Positions 13,811-27,732 are shown, counted from the whole stretch's first letter. The stretch is 63,214 bases of DNA, filler included, from Hyphochytrium catenoides (GCA_900088475.1; 6 parts of 6 records of this genome joined end to end with filler, not necessarily neighbours in it), one strand, 5' to 3'. Notes: generated by a model not told the origin, from the letters alone. Translations and numbers: made by a program.

Positions 13811-16374
13811 CCAGACGGGCCAAAGCGAGGGCAGCTTTGACAAGGAGAGGGGAGACGCAGGAGTGATGGACCAATGGATTGGCTTCAGAGAATTATCACC
13901 CTTTCATGCGCGTCTGATGAGGAGGAAAATTGATGATAAGGTTTTGAGGAGCTAGCTAAGTAATGATTCTAACGTGGGACATCGATTCGAGATAGGAAAA
14001 GGAAAGAGCTGCGTCGTATTCACGAGGGCCTTACTACCCATTAAGAAGTAGCTGAAGAATGAACGAGGTCATCATCGATTGTGCTCCGTCCAAAGATGCC
14101 ACCTCTCCACTTCGTACATGTCTTTATAACTCATCTGCTGCTTTTTGGTGGTGGATTGTTGATGAACCTGCGGAACAGCCTAGAAAACAGAGATGACCGC
14201 GACATTAGCCTGGATGGGCGCCACATTGTCTGTGATGACTGATGAGACATAAGGGTGAGACGAGTCCGCCTAGAAACGTCAATAACAATGCTCATGTCAC
14301 TAATATTATTCAAGAAGGGAAGGACCTCATCTCCTCTCCAGCCTTCACTTCCTCTAATATAAGTATAAAGCACTATCGCCCGTGGCGGGAGACCTGAATA
14401 TACAGAAGGAGATAGTGGAATGTAGGAGAAATATATACCAAAGCAAGGCTTATCGTACAGGCCATGACATCCACTGTCTGATAGATAGTACCCTTTTGCC
14501 TTGATATATACTTCTCACACTCCTCTAATTCGTGTATAATGCTGCCTCTCGCCCTTTTTGGGGAAGTCGGAGGAAGCAGCAACAGGAAGAAGAAGTACCA
14601 GTCATCGCCATTGATATCGCCCTGCTGGGAGCCGCGAGGAGGTGAATTACTCCTCCTCGATATCACGGAGGACGACGGATGGAAGATGGGTGATTGAATC
14701 GAAGAGAAGAGGAGAAGAGCTCCCACACCACGATGCGCCAACTCAGGATAATAACCAGCCGATGCGGCTCGTCGTCGACACAGAAGAAACTCCTCTCCTC
14801 TAACCTAAAGCATCCTACCATCAACGGAGAGCAGTAGCGCCTGGAAGAAGAAGAAGAAGAAGGAAGGAGTGAAGAGTCAGACGACGGCGCGCGAGGAGGA
14901 GGAGCAAGCGACGAAGGAAGAAGAAGGGAAAGCCGAAGACGACCAAGAGAGGATACTACCGTTTTATTCAGCTTCTGTACAACCACAGGTACAGCGGTCG
15001 GACGAACACCTAGTGGGGCTCCTCACGTCGGCACCATTAGGTGAAATCGGTCGTGTCATCCTCTATGACTAAGAGGGCTCATTATTATCAGCGTGTGACC
15101 GACGACGGAGGAAGGACAAGGAAGGAAGGATGAGGAAGGAAGGATGAGGAAGGAAGGATGAGGAAGAAAGCTGGTGAAGCTCTGGGCGCTGGATGAGGCG
15201 CCGGGAACAATGGTCTGATCGAGCTCCACGCTGCTGATGCCAATGACCACGTAAGCTGTCCGACCTCAGCACCTGCAAGCCTTCATCTGAACTACAGGTC
15301 AGCGGGGGGACGGAGTGGAACATCAGAGAAGCAGTTTTCTTGGAGTCATCATTTGTCTAGTTCTACTGCTGATGCTTTAAAACCTGTACGATTGAGCACC
15401 CTTTTGTTGGGCTGAGGACGTCCTCTTTCTTCTTGCCCAGACAGTTCTTTTATAGAGAACTTGGAGCTCCGTACTAGCTAAGCCTTCGTCACCTTACTTC
15501 TCTGCCGCGTGGACACTTGTCAAAGCCGCCATATCGGATCTCCAGTGATCACGAAATCCATTGGTGAGCTAAACTTCGATAGGACCTTGTTCAATCCGTA
15601 GAAGATGATTAGCTTATCCTTTCTCGAGAAGCTTCTGTACTATAACTCCTTCTTGGATGCCGCGGTTGTGCTCTACCTGCACTTCTTTGACCGGAAAGCT
15701 TCCATGCTTCTGAAGAAAGGTAAACGACGAGCTCCTATACGTCCTCCTCCTAGTACATCTCTCGGACACTAACTCATCACTCCGCCTTTTACTGAGCAGG
15801 AAGTGATGGCGCAAGGCAGCTTCTAGTTTTCAAGTTCATCCTTCATGGTCTTGCCAGGTATGCAGTGAGCAGGGATGTTAAGGGACTGCACCTGCTGGGC
15901 ACCGCCTCGTACGCGTTGGAATGCCTGTATATGCTCCAGCAGATTTCCAGGAATAACCTGAAGCAGGAGCACTACCTCATTCCCTTTATCACCGGTGCGT
16001 GCTTTCAAGAGTGGCTTAGCTTCTTCTTATCTCTGGTTATACCTCCAGCTTCTGACCTCCGGCTGGTACTTCAGATAAACTCCGATCGGCTGCCGTATTA
16101 TTAGAAACCTGACCATTTCCTCTTGACTCCTATAGGTGCCCTCGCCACGGTGCTGCTCGCACCGGAGAGGTTCTGCTCACCTTAGACTAGAGCCCATCAT
16201 TCATCAGGAGGCCAGGATCTTTTGTCTCTTTTCTTGGAAGTTAAAGCGGAGCCAGGCTGACAAATTACGTTATCTCTTCTCCCATTCAAACTCTTCAATG
16301 AATAGAGCTCAACTTCATCGCCTTTGATCACGGCCACAAAGTCAGATTTAAGAGATATTGAACATTCCTTATGT

Positions 16375-18077
16375 TTAGCGTCTAAAGCACGCCGCTGAGG
16401 CGCCTTGCGCTTGCGCTTCCGCCATAATCTCCTCTCTGGTCTTTCTCAGTCGTCGCTCTATGACATCCGAGACTTCCTTAGCATACTCCCCTTCAAACTC
16501 AGGAGTGGGGGGAGAGGCATCCTGCACCTGTTTGCCCGTTGTGGCTGCTGCTAGCCTCTTTAGAAGCTCAACCATATCGACATACCTTTCAAAGGCAGCC
16601 TCTATTTCTGTGACCACATGCGCCTCTTCAGGACTCAATGGTCTAACAGGCTCCCTGCGGAGACAGGCGACGATGGATGCATCTGTGCTTGCAGGAGGGG
16701 GAGGGGCCTCTAGCTTCTTAAGCGTGTCAAGAAGAGGGAGGAAGCCGAAGGGCCTTTGATAGGGCTTGAACCTGGAAAAGTAGAGACTGACATGCTCCTC
16801 ACAACGATCTCGGCTATAGAAGCCCTCGGCCCCACACTTATTGAAAATAGCCCCTAAGACCTCTACGCCTCGAGACTCAAAGTACGTAGCGTTGAGGTTA
16901 AAAGAGTCCACAGCGTTTCCTACGCCCGGCGGGCACACAAGCAGCACTTTGGCTCTTGCAGCTTTCGCTGTTTCGGCATTCGAAACGCCGCAGATGGACC
17001 CTACAGCAGGATAACCGACGCCGTCGACTACCAGCACTTTCCGACCCTGTGCAAGGTCATCGCAAGCTTTCCTGATATCAGATAGTAGTTCAGCCGTCGT
17101 AGCGGTGTTTCCCTTCAAAAACTCTCTGGTGAAGCCGCTGTAGAAGACGACAGGCCCGATGCCGACCTGCTTGATGCCTGCACTCTCGCAATACTTTGAG
17201 ACCAACTGCACTCGCTCGCACTGTGTGGCAGGTTTGATGTACGCGATTTCTTCCGGTTTATAGCCGTAGGTCAGGAGACCTGAGAGAACCCCAAGGCAGA
17301 CGGAGGACTTCCCGACCTAGGCGCACACGAGTATTTGTGAGGCCAATAAACTAGGAGTCAACTTGAAAGAGAGAGAGGAACTAGGGCAAGGATATGGTTA
17401 TGGCTAAGGACGCCGCTTACCTGAGAGCGGTCTCCCGCAATAAAGATTCGAAGGCATGAAGGAGGTTGTTGGCCAGTAGACCCCTCTGCCGCGTTTAGAT
17501 GGATGGAAGATGCGGACCTAGTGGCAGTGCCTTCCGGGGTCTCTGCCGCGGCCTTCGTGAATCTCTTTGCAATCAAATCTGACAGTGCTGGCCACCCGCC
17601 AACAAAGGACCATTTAGGTTCCAATAACCCTTCTGTCATTGAGAAGGGAAAGAGAAGAGAATGTGAGGACGATGTGACAAGATGCTTACAAGAAGGAACT
17701 CTAGAAGCTTTGTCACAGAGGGAAGCTCAGAAAGATACCATATGGCGACGATCTAACATGGAAGGAGGGGTTGACTGAGAGCAGGATGGTGAAAGAGACA
17801 AAGAGCTGCCACAAGAGGGGGGAACGGGCTCTTTACCATTCTCTTCCTTCATGCAAACAAGTGGGGAGGTCTTATGAACGTTCTTTGCTGCCAACTTTGT
17901 GACCTCGGCTGCCTGAGAATCCAACCACTGCATAAACTCGTCTCGCGTGTGAAACTCTTTGAGGTCAACAATAAATTTCTGATCCCCGGCGAGGGCCGAA
18001 AGCCCTGCAGCAGCAGCTTTGGCCTTCTGGAAGTCAGGACAGCCCTCAAAGCCAGCGATTGAAAATGTGACCGTCAT
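16375..18077 (-). CDS. Glutaredoxin-like domain fused to a BioD/AAA_26 (Pta N-terminal-like) P-loop ATPase, 3 exons
   Basis: Exon 1 FSIAGFEGCPDFQKAK...HKTSPLVC, exon 2 WSFVGGW...IFIAGDRSQ, exon 3 VGKSSVCLG...YIKP...LVVDGVG...GAIFNK. Intron phases match (AATG|gt..ag|AA and CAG|gt..ag|GTC). Confidence 0.8.
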
Positions 18078-18933
18078 CTGCACTCTACGTAAGATATGTT
18101 CTGCGCCTCCTCAGGCTCTCTAGATCTTTGGGCTAAGGGTGAGAATAATGGAGGTTGAAGTCTTGGCGGGCGGGCAGGATGAGCAATTTCTCTTCTTCTT
18201 TGTCGTTACTAAGCTCTATGAAGCGTTCTGGAGGTTCAAGAGTGTCAAGAGATCCGTCAAGGCGGGCGGCTCCGGGCTGTCTGGTAGCCCCAAGCGAAGA
18301 GCACGAGGTGCCGGGCATGGTCACACGCGGGTTGAGAGCTAGACAGAGGGCCTTCTCCTCCCACTCTCTTGGGATCTCTTCTTCGTTCCCTGGCCGTGTC
18401 TGCACAAAAGTTGGTTGCAACTTTCTCTTAGGCAGGCTTCTGAGCTATATACTGAATCTAACAATCCGTATTGATAATTAGGACCACTTAGATAAAGGAC
18501 ATTCGGAATACCCAGGAGTGCGAACAAGGGGAAACGAAAAGAAAGGTTTCGTCCTTTGTGTCTCTCCCACTTGCTCGTCTCCAGGCAAAAGATCGCTAAT
18601 GATGTTGCGGCTCTTCCTCGTGATCAGTCCTACGAGGCGCAGTTCGATGTCCGTTGCTTAGTTTTCCGTCCTCACATCAGGCCCCGCTCAGCCCCTGATC
18701 ATAAGGAGGATGGCTGCTGTGCCCCCAACATCGCTTGTCAGGCGAGAGAGGGGCGCTTGACACCTCATCCCAGGGACGGATGCGAGCATAAAGAGTTACA
18801 ACCGATAGTCAGTCTCAAGAGGAAGCAGGATCCAGGAAAGGGCCGTTGTCCCATAGTTGACGGCACGGAATATGTGTGAAAATTGGCTGTAAACCTTGTG
18901 AGGATGTGCTATATTGTACGATAGTGGCGAGTG

Positions 18934-21900
18934 CTATGAGGAGTTCGTGCTCTGTGTCTTGTTGGCCTCAATGACCTCTTGAACGTAGGTTCTAAGCGCT
19001 ACTTCTTCAGGGGAGTCACCCAGCTCAAGATTACTTGTCCCTCCGTACACTAGAACAGTAAGAGTTAACACCTTGCACAACTTCTAAGGATGTGCACTGC
19101 CCCTGGGAAAAAGGGCGACGTGAAAAAAGAGAGGCACGGAAAGAGGAGAAACAGAAACGAAGAGGGAAGATAGCGTCGGTCGAAACTAAAGGCAGACAGA
19201 GGAGGACATTAATGGCAGTCAGGGTGGCACCGCAAGCGGATACTGGACTTACATGTTGGGAGGCAGTCGCTATCAATCTGTTCTAACAAGGCCTTCGTTA
19301 CACTGCTTTTGCCCCTGAGAATATGGGTCTGTGGCAGGGAATGTCAGTCTGGGCCATGTCCTCCTTTCCGCCTCTTTTTGCTAGTGTCAGATTGCACAGT
19401 TAGACGCACCTTGTTACGTGTGACGGGGTCGACCATGGGTTTCACCGCTGTCCAGATCCATGAGAACCATGAGGGTACGTTCACTATGAATATGTGTGCG
19501 CACCGCTCGGGATAGTGCGCGCCTGTGAATCCTGCAGCTGCGCGGACAAACTCAAGAACTTCTCCACCAAAGTCTGCCATCCCAATGCCCTCTACGTCCA
19601 AGATAGTCACGCTCTTTCCTTCCTCCTTGGGCTCCAGCTTCCTCCACAGATACTCTGTGATGAAGACATAGTGTCGCAGGAGCTCCGAAAGGGTTACTCC
19701 TGCCTCCTTCATAGACTTCAGATCAATCTTGCCCACACGCTCAATGTAGACCGGGTTGCCCTGTTAGATGCGTATGCTGTGAGCTTTTCGTGTCCAATTC
19801 TTCTCAGGCTAAGAGATTCTCTCTATCCTGTCTCCTGCCAGTACATCTCCGCCCTGTCAGGTTACCTAACAGTTTCATCCTCCTAGACGCACCTGCTTGC
19901 TCCGCAAATAGAAGTAGTGCGGATAATATCGCTTGATGACTTCGAACTTGAGCTGCGGTTCCTATGAAAAGTTAAAAGCAAGTCAGATAGGGGCGTGCAG
20001 GTCCCCAGCGTTGTGCATACTCTCACCGTCAGGATAGAGTCGACATTGTTCTCTTTCCTCCATTTCGTCGTCGCTTCCCACCTGTACGATCCAATCGTAA
20101 GGAATCATCAACAGCAGAGAAAGTAAGTGGCAGAGTCTAATATACCAGACAGTTGAAGGCGAAGACGCTGCCCCCGAGACACCTACCTCTGCCTTCCTTT
20201 CTGTCTGTCGCCCTTCTCTGCTAGAATAAAGCGCCGAGGCACCTCCTCGTCATTGGCGACTGTGCAACACGCGGCATGAGCATTCTTTAATATAAAAACC
20301 TGACCCAGGGACTAGACAAGACTGAGGTGGTGAAGAGGCGAATGATAATGTACTGCGCACCGGATGGAAGACTCTGCCACCCGCTGCTGCCCGAAGTGAC
20401 GCTTTTGTTGTCTTCAATCAAAGTCCCTTGCTCCTCTTCGGCCGGCGCTTCGGATGGTTGGAAAGGCTCAGGTATCTTTTCAGACCACACTTTATGCACC
20501 CGGAATTCCATACTGTAGTGCTGCCTTTTTCCTCTAGGGGAAATCCCTCGTTCTGCAGCCTGACCACCCACAGCTGAAGGCTTGTCCTCCCTGCATGGCA
20601 ACATATGTTCAGCATAACCATCCCTGAGATAAACAGTCTTCTTCCTCAATTTTCAGGCACGGCTTACCCGACATTAGTCATGATATTACCAAGAGCTATG
20701 AGGATGCCAAGCGACATTAATCCAATATAACCAAGTGAGCGCTCAGCCACTGACAGACTGAGGCCGCTCATGGCTAAGAAAAGCGCTGACAACGACAATA
20801 AGAGCTTTTTCGTCCATTGAGCTGAATCAACAACAACTGCCATGTCTTGAGCTGGCCCTCCGTCACCTGAGGTAGTAACAGGCCCCGCCGCTATAGACGC
20901 TAGCCAAGAATAGGTCATAAGCCACCGCTAGCAAGCAACTCTTCCACGGCAAGTTACCTGTGACCTTATGCTTAAAGTTGGGCTCTGAACAGGATAACGT
21001 TTTCCTAGTTCCAGAAGATCTAGGCATAGAACAGGTTACTGAAGCACGAGCGAGGACGAATTAAGGACAGAACAGTGGAGACAAAGAGAGACTAACAAGA
21101 GGCTAAAATAGGACTCACTTGAGCAACTCTTCCATGGCAAGCTTTGCGACGCCACCGTTGCTGAGAGTTAAGATAACAGAGCATCCCGACGACAGAGTGC
21201 CAAGATCAACCTTCTCGTTTTCTCGGACATTGCGCGTAATGACACGATCTATTGTCTCTTCACCATGACGTCCGCGCTCGAGGACACTAACAACCACCAC
21301 CGCGCTCTGAAAAGACCCCAATAACAGAAAGGATGTCACGCCCGAGGACGTCACAATAATACCCATAACAATAGACCCACATAGATGAAATGGCTATGAA
21401 AAATGGAGAACTAGAGGGTAAAGGAGGAGAAAGCGCGTAACTCTTAGAGTATAGGCGGATAAACAAAGACGCGGACGGCCAAGTTGTTCATGATAGTGTA
21501 GTAGAGCCCATATCCTTCACGCTTACCTCAGACTCCGTGATTGATGTAGTCTCCTCTTGTCTGTTGACAGTAGTAGGACTAGGCTTTGAAGGGCTATCAT
21601 GTGTTTTTGAAGACTTTCTGCTCACGTTCAGGCATAGAGGTAGCAGACGTTTTGTCATCACAAGACTCCCAGGGTCCAAAGATGAGAGGAGTGAACTAAA
21701 GTCCCACTTTCGGAGGGGAAAGGAGTAAGCAAGACACGGAGTATAGAAGGGATTCGTACCGTTGACCACCAACATCCTGGACAAGAAGATTGCGGTTGGA
21801 GCTTGGCTTTCTTGACTTGTCAAAGTTCACGCTGGCGGCGAGCTTGATGGCATCTAGAATTGCCTTGCACCACTCGGAGCAGTTCTGGTTGGACTCTGCT

Positions 21901-22648
21901 CGAAGGAGTATGGACCGATTCCTCTGCACGCGTAGAATAGACAGGAAGAACAATGAAAATAGGACAGAGTTTAGCATGGAGAGGGCAAGGACTTGGCGGG
22001 TCCGTCCATAAAGAAGTCAAAGAAGAGACGTACAGCTACTATCTCTATATACTGGGCACCGCCAGCGGTGGACTCTTTTGCAGGAGCGTCAGGACTCTTG
22101 AGCAGTCTGACGTGCGCGATATGACGGAGCTCAACCTTGGAAAACGGCAGGTATAGGAACGAACAAGGAGAAAATCAGCTTTACGTTAACAGTACAGGAA
22201 ATCAAGTCACAAAGCTTTCTCTCTGCTTCCTACGAGCTACTGAAGCTGCTATATGGCTTCATACCTGGCCTCTTTCCTCCCCCAGCAGATCCACACCCTC
22301 AACCCTTCGGAACCAGTAGAGCACATGATGAGTGAGCACAAAGTAGCGTTTCGCCCAACCACCTCGGACCTAGTGCATGTCAGCAAACACCAGTTAAACG
22401 ATGGCATTTGACAGGGCACCCGTTAATCTTGTAAGAGTGAGATATCAGGAGAGTAATCTAGACCCAGAACCAGATAGGGGGGAGTGAAGCGGTCTCATTA
22501 GCCGTACCGCGCCGTCCCTGCGCTTGTCCAAGAAGCCTGCGAAAAGGATATTGAGGCTTTCGGCGCTCTGTATGTTAAAGCCTCCCGAAGCTAAGGGTGG
22601 CGCACTGTCAATTGAGGCGATGCTGTCATTGGAGTACTTCCGCTCCAT
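18934..22648 (-). CDS. PH domain - TM hairpin - CRAL-TRIO (Sec14) lipid-binding protein, multi-exon
   Basis: PH: FAGFLDKRRDGA|VRGGWAKRYFVLT...LRAES...EWCKAI. Two hydrophobic helices at ~20680-20810. Sec14: PRRFILAEKGD...WRKENNVDSIL...GNPVYIERVGKID...ILDVEGIG...HYPERCAHIFIVNVPSWFSWIWTAVKPMVDPVTRNK...YGG. The domains are certain; a single transcript is likely. Confidence 0.8.
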
Positions 22649-23664
22649 CTTGCGCCACACTTGGAAGAACTTGTTGGATGTGCGACCCTGGGTTTATCAA
22701 CCGTTGCCTTCTATAAGTGCGGACAGAATGTCATGAAGGGCCATTTTCCAAACCGACACTACCAGCTAGGTATCTCACGTCATAGTCAGCAACGGAGAAG
22801 GACACCAAAGCACTAGTTCAGAGATCATAGCTACGTTCATCAGAAGATCAGAGGTGTTCCTGCCGGGGCAGCCTGACAGAGATGAGTAGTCTTAACGAGT
22901 AGAAGTCTAGGGAGAGATGCCACTGGGGCAGCTTCTTTCCTTTCTGCATTGATAAGTCTCGAGAGCAGTCTTTATTTTACAGGCCGAAGACATTGAAGAT
23001 AACGAACAAGCCAGATCTGGCATAGGATTGGGTCACATAGTGGAACATAATTAGCATCCTCCAAAAGAGGCGGCGATTCTAGGACGCATCCTGTGTTCTT
23101 AGAGCAAGAATTGTTCTAGAATTAACGATTCCCACGATGTCCAAGAGAAAGTCCTATGACGATCTCATTCATGATTTTCTTCTGATCGCACTTTTCTAAG
23201 AGTAAGAAATGAGATGCAGGTTAGCAAGGACCCACCTTCGAGCATTATGATGAGCTCTCTTTCACCCGGTCGCAGGTATGGCAAAAGATTTGTTATATAG
23301 GTTACTGATCGTTCTAGAGTTCTCTGTATGCCCCAGGTAGAACTCAGTGTCATAGAACGGAGACAGGACAAGCGGTAGTAGTCCCTGCCGCTCCTCCATA
23401 AGATTAATGGGCTTCTACCTTTCTAACTTTGCCAGTATGGACCTTCTTTTACTACTATTGGTCATGACATAGAAGACATAACCAAGAAAGGATCTCCCAG
23501 CGAGATAATCCTCCAAGTCACAGTAATTCTACATTCTTAGATCGAGGCCTAAGCACTGTTCGGCCAAGGCCGTCCTCTGCCACCAGCTATCTTTTCATTC
23601 CTCAGACGCGGCGCAATTCCCAAATTCTCCAGCCAGAAAGAGATGCCAAGTAAGAGCTGAGCAG

Positions 23665-23807
23665 ACGCCAAACTTGCAGATATGACGATGATTCGTCGCC
23701 AGATGGAAGGATGGAGTTGGCATCAACCATTTCGCACGCCAAACTTGCAGATATGACGATGATTCGTCGCCAGATGGAAGGATTGGAGTTGGCATCAACC
23801 ATTTCGC
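23665..23807. repeat. Tandem duplication, 2 x ~71 bp
   Basis: ACGCCAAACTTGCAGATATGACGATG...CAACCATTTCGC at 23665 and 23736, differing by a 1-nt indel. Confidence 0.95.
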
Positions 23808-24041
23808 CAGCAGTATAACGGTTTTCCAATAAAGGCACTGCCTGTTGCTTGCCTGTTAGTTGCTGAAGTGGTAGCAGCGGTCGCTGAAGTAGTAGCAGCT
23901 GCTGCTGAAGTACTCCAGCTGATGAGGAGAGGTGGTTTCCCACCGAATAAGGCCCTAACTATAGAGTTTGGAGGCCGCCCTCCTAATTGGGAGCACCTCA
24001 ACCATGGCTGCCTTTAAGAAGGAGGCAGCACAGCCGCCCCA

Positions 24042-24263
24042 CTACCGTCCCTGCCGTTTCTGCCTCCTATCTCTGACTTCTCGACAACACTCTTCCCATT
24101 TCGCTATGGTGCCTCGGCAACGTGCTTGTTGATAATCATGCCGCTGTAGACAGAACTGGATCTCGCAGGCTTGCTTCTTGCAAAGCCGCTGGCATAACTG
24201 CTCTTCCGTCTCCACCGCACCGCCGGATGCCGGTTCTGTTACCTCCTCCTTCTGCTTCGTCAT
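24042..24263 (-). CDS. CMC4: Cx9C motif protein CMC4/MTCP1NB-like (mitochondrial intermembrane space)
   Basis: CKKQACEIQFCLQRHDYQQARCRGTIAKWEECC matches the CMC4 cysteine pattern. Confidence 0.85.
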   Translation of the reverse strand: MTKQKEEVTEPASGGAVETEEQLCQRLCKKQACEIQFCLQRHDYQQARCRGTIAKWEECCREVRDRRQKRQGR

Positions 24264-25413
24264 CTTCTGATGGCGAACGGTGAGTCGACAGCTAGTAGCA
24301 GCAGAGCTGGAAACTGTGTAGACAGCTATCAGCAGAAGTGAAAAGTACGGACCGCCGCTCGGCTTCTTTCTTCCTTGTTGTGGGGACAAGGCCGGCTGTC
24401 TGCTTCTTCTAAAGAAGTCTTAGAAGCACCTCGGGTTTGTGTCAAATGCCTTCATTCATCACTTTTTTTGCTGACCTCTGGCACTTTGCCAGGTGATGAG
24501 ATTATGACGGGATAGGATGATGTCGTGCTGATGGGGTGATGATGTGGATGTCGAGGAAAGTGATGCTGAAGTCTGTGACCAGAGAACTGGTGCAATCAGA
24601 AGAACTACGGGTTCTGGAGAAGGTGTCTGATCGAATGAAGACAGTATCCTACGAGTTCCTACTGTACAAGTCGTACCTGTACGAGTGTTACAGTGGAACG
24701 TAGTGGGCACCACAGAATCGACTTGTGTATTCCGGTGGAAGGCTTAGGANNNNNNNNNNNNNNNNNNNNNNNNNNNNNNNNNNNNNNNNNNNNNNNNNNN
24801 NNNNNNNNNNNNNNNNNNNNNNNNNNNNNNNNNNNNNNNNNNNNNNNNNNNNNNNNNNNNNNNNNNNNNNNNNNNNNNNNNNNNNNNNNNNNNNNNNNNN
24901 NNNNNNNNNNGACCACGTTGCCTCGCCTGCTCATGCTCCTCCGCTAGTGGGTGCAATACTAACTCCGAGCTTCATTATAGCCAAGAGTCCACCTGAACGA
25001 TGTGCATTGACGATGTTTTGACTTTATCGTTTGACACATCGATCAAGTACAGTTGTACATCGTAGAAAGCAGAAGAAGTTTGTAAGTTAGGGAACGTGCT
25101 CTTTCTTGAATAAAAAGATACGCCATCGCTGAACTCACTACCTGAATATGATGGAAGAGAATCTGACGGATGCTTCATCAGGATGCCCGATGCAGACTGG
25201 GACACCGTCTCTTCCATCACCATTGCCGATAGGGCCATCAAACTTCGACTGCGGACATGGGTAGCTCAAGGTGGTGCAGCTCACTAGTAATGCTCTTCTT
25301 TATTTGCTAAGGATTGACATTCGTGTTCAGCTTTCTTCAGTCATCACCAGCCACGATCGTCCTTTCTCTCGCGCTCTTGACCATAGGAACGTGGAGTAAG
25401 GAAGATAATCCTG

Positions 25414-26194
25414 ATGGAGCTCGACAGCAGCAGGGAAGGCGCTGAAATAGACCTCTACACAGAATACTGTTCTCGTGTGCGGAATTGGCTACGCACGCCG
25501 AAGAAGCCAAGGGGCAAGTCTAACCAGGGGATGAAGAAGGAAAAACCCCACCCGCAACTATATCGCTTTCTTTTGAGATATCGCGCCGACTTCCCTGACG
25601 GTGAACTTATTAGAAGACTCGTTAACCCATTCGATGCGCACGGGCGTCACCAGGTGTACAGGGTTGACGAGCTTTATGGCGATGCAACGAGAGGAGGGCG
25701 CCTCACCAGGTATTCAGGGAGCTTTATTTGTCCCGCTTGCGCTATATTTCAGAGGGAGCATACAAAACCTCTACCGTCCTGCCCTCAGAGATACTGTGAA
25801 GAGGCAAGTACACCATCGTCAATGGCCACACCGCTGGCTCTCGCTCATCCACTTATTACTTCCGGTTCTCGATCATAACCTGATGCTGGCCCTCTTTGCA
25901 TTGGCTTCCTAGCAGATGCGTTGCGTCCGGTTTCGACAAGAAAATGTGCCAGCTCCGTTTCAATGGCTCTGTCAGTGCCAAGCTCATGCTAAGGTCTATG
26001 ACAAAACTCAGCGGAAACTCAGGTCTGAAGCCAAGGAAGAAGCCCTATACAGAGAGGGGCGACAAGGGATCACCACCTCGAGAGGAGAAGCTCTTGGGCC
26101 TGGCAGCATTGAGAGAGCAAGTGATGATGAGAGCCCTGGAGGTTGGGCTGTTGATACGTATGATATTGGGCTAAATCGTCCTAGTAACTCCTAG
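25414..26194 (+). CDS. Hypothetical Cys-rich protein, 2 exons with a probable GC-AG intron
   Basis: ...CPAC...CPQRYCEE|gcaagt...tag|QMRCVRF...WLCQCQAH joins in phase 0. Confidence 0.5.
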
Positions 26195-27673
26195 TTGCAG
26201 GCCATGACGAGTTCCACTTGCGTCTCTTCTCCTGCTGCTGCGGGTAGAAAGGCTTTATCAGCGAGATCAGTAGTATACGTCTTGTCGTTAGAAAGGGAGG
26301 TTGCCAACAACTGATATAACTTCTAACAGGATAATTGGCTCCCACGGAAGTGAGGATCACTTGCAGCGGAGGCTGTGAGAAGGGACTTCGACGAGATACC
26401 CTAGCAATGAAATGGCAACCCGAACCTCTATTATTTAGGAAAGAGTCAGATCTCTATCGAAGAGCGACAGATGCTTCTTTCATCAGAGGAGAAAGCGAGT
26501 GGGCAGGAGTTTGACGAGAAGATAGGGTGCCGCGGAAGAGGAGCGAGGTTTGCCCAAGGATTTGAGGGACAGGTGCTGTTGAAGAGAGGAGTGGGACCGA
26601 GACAAAGGGAACCGAGGGCGGGATATATATGAGACAGGAGATTCAAGAGCAAGAGAAGAGCATGTGCCAGCGTGCAGGCAAGAGAAAGAGTGCAAGAGAG
26701 AGAGAGAGAAAGGTGGAAAGAAGAAGCAGTAGTTCTATCACTCAGTACCCTGAGGAATAAGGCAACAGCTACGATCGTTCTCGTCCTCCTCCGGGTACTT
26801 TGTCTACCTTCTTCCTGTGCGATGTGTCCTCCTTTATTTAGGTACTGTCTGACTGTTGGCTCCTCCCACGGCCTGGCAAATGTGCTGCGCTGTCTTGTGC
26901 TGTCCATTTCCCTTCCTTTTTTCTTGCACCTTCTCTAAGTCACGTTAGTCCGAGCAATAGTGCTCGTCCGCCTGACGACGTGGGGCGACTGGGACAAGAA
27001 GGAAGATCGTGTCCGCTTCACTGTTTTTGTTTCTCCCTCTGGCCGTAGAGGCCGTAGAGGAGGATAAGAAGGACAGACGGATTGGAGAATAGACGTCTCC
27101 CTAGCCATTGCTGGCGAGGGCAGACGGAGAAGTCTCTCTCAGCCCTTCTCCTTCCTCTTTCTCTTATGACTAGCCTTTCTTCTCCTTGAGTGATATGTTT
27201 TGTCTATGAGCTTCATATCCCCCAAGATGAACCTTTGCTCGCTCATGAGAATATGAGCAGAGAGAGAGAGAGAGAGACAGAAACAAAGAAGAAGAGAGAG
27301 TGCAAAGATAGGAGCAAATCAGAGTGCAGGAGGTGGGTCTGGAGCGAGCGAGAGAGAGAGAGAGAGAGAGAGAAAAAAGAGGACGAGACAGATAGAGGCC
27401 AGCAATGCCTTCTCTCACTTTCAAACCATCTTCATGACAGAGTCTGATGCTTCATCTATCTAGCAAAGGACCATTAAGTGCACAATGGCGATATTAAAGC
27501 AACAAGCAGTGCAGAAGATAGGTACTGAGCCACCTCCTTGGAAAAAAGGTGGATAAATAGATATCACGTCTTAGAGGGGTAACGTAGGAGACGTACCCTG
27601 CGCCCCTGAGCTTCTCTTCCTTACTAAGGAGTACCAAGAGGGCCCTTTAGGTCCTCGTCCTCTTTTTCTGCCT

Positions 27674-27709
<36 letters not shown>

Positions 27710-27732
27710 TTCCTTCCACATATAGTCAATAT

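Noticed and set aside
14820-16330. Exon-like pieces on the + strand (e.g. LSFLEKLLYYNSFLDAAVVLYLHFF, YALECLYMLQQ)
   Set aside because: Could not assemble a stop-free model or recognise a family; possibly a pseudogene.
23665-23915. 71-bp and 21-bp repeats as a CRISPR-like array
   Set aside because: Head-to-tail duplications with no unique spacers, in eukaryotic context.
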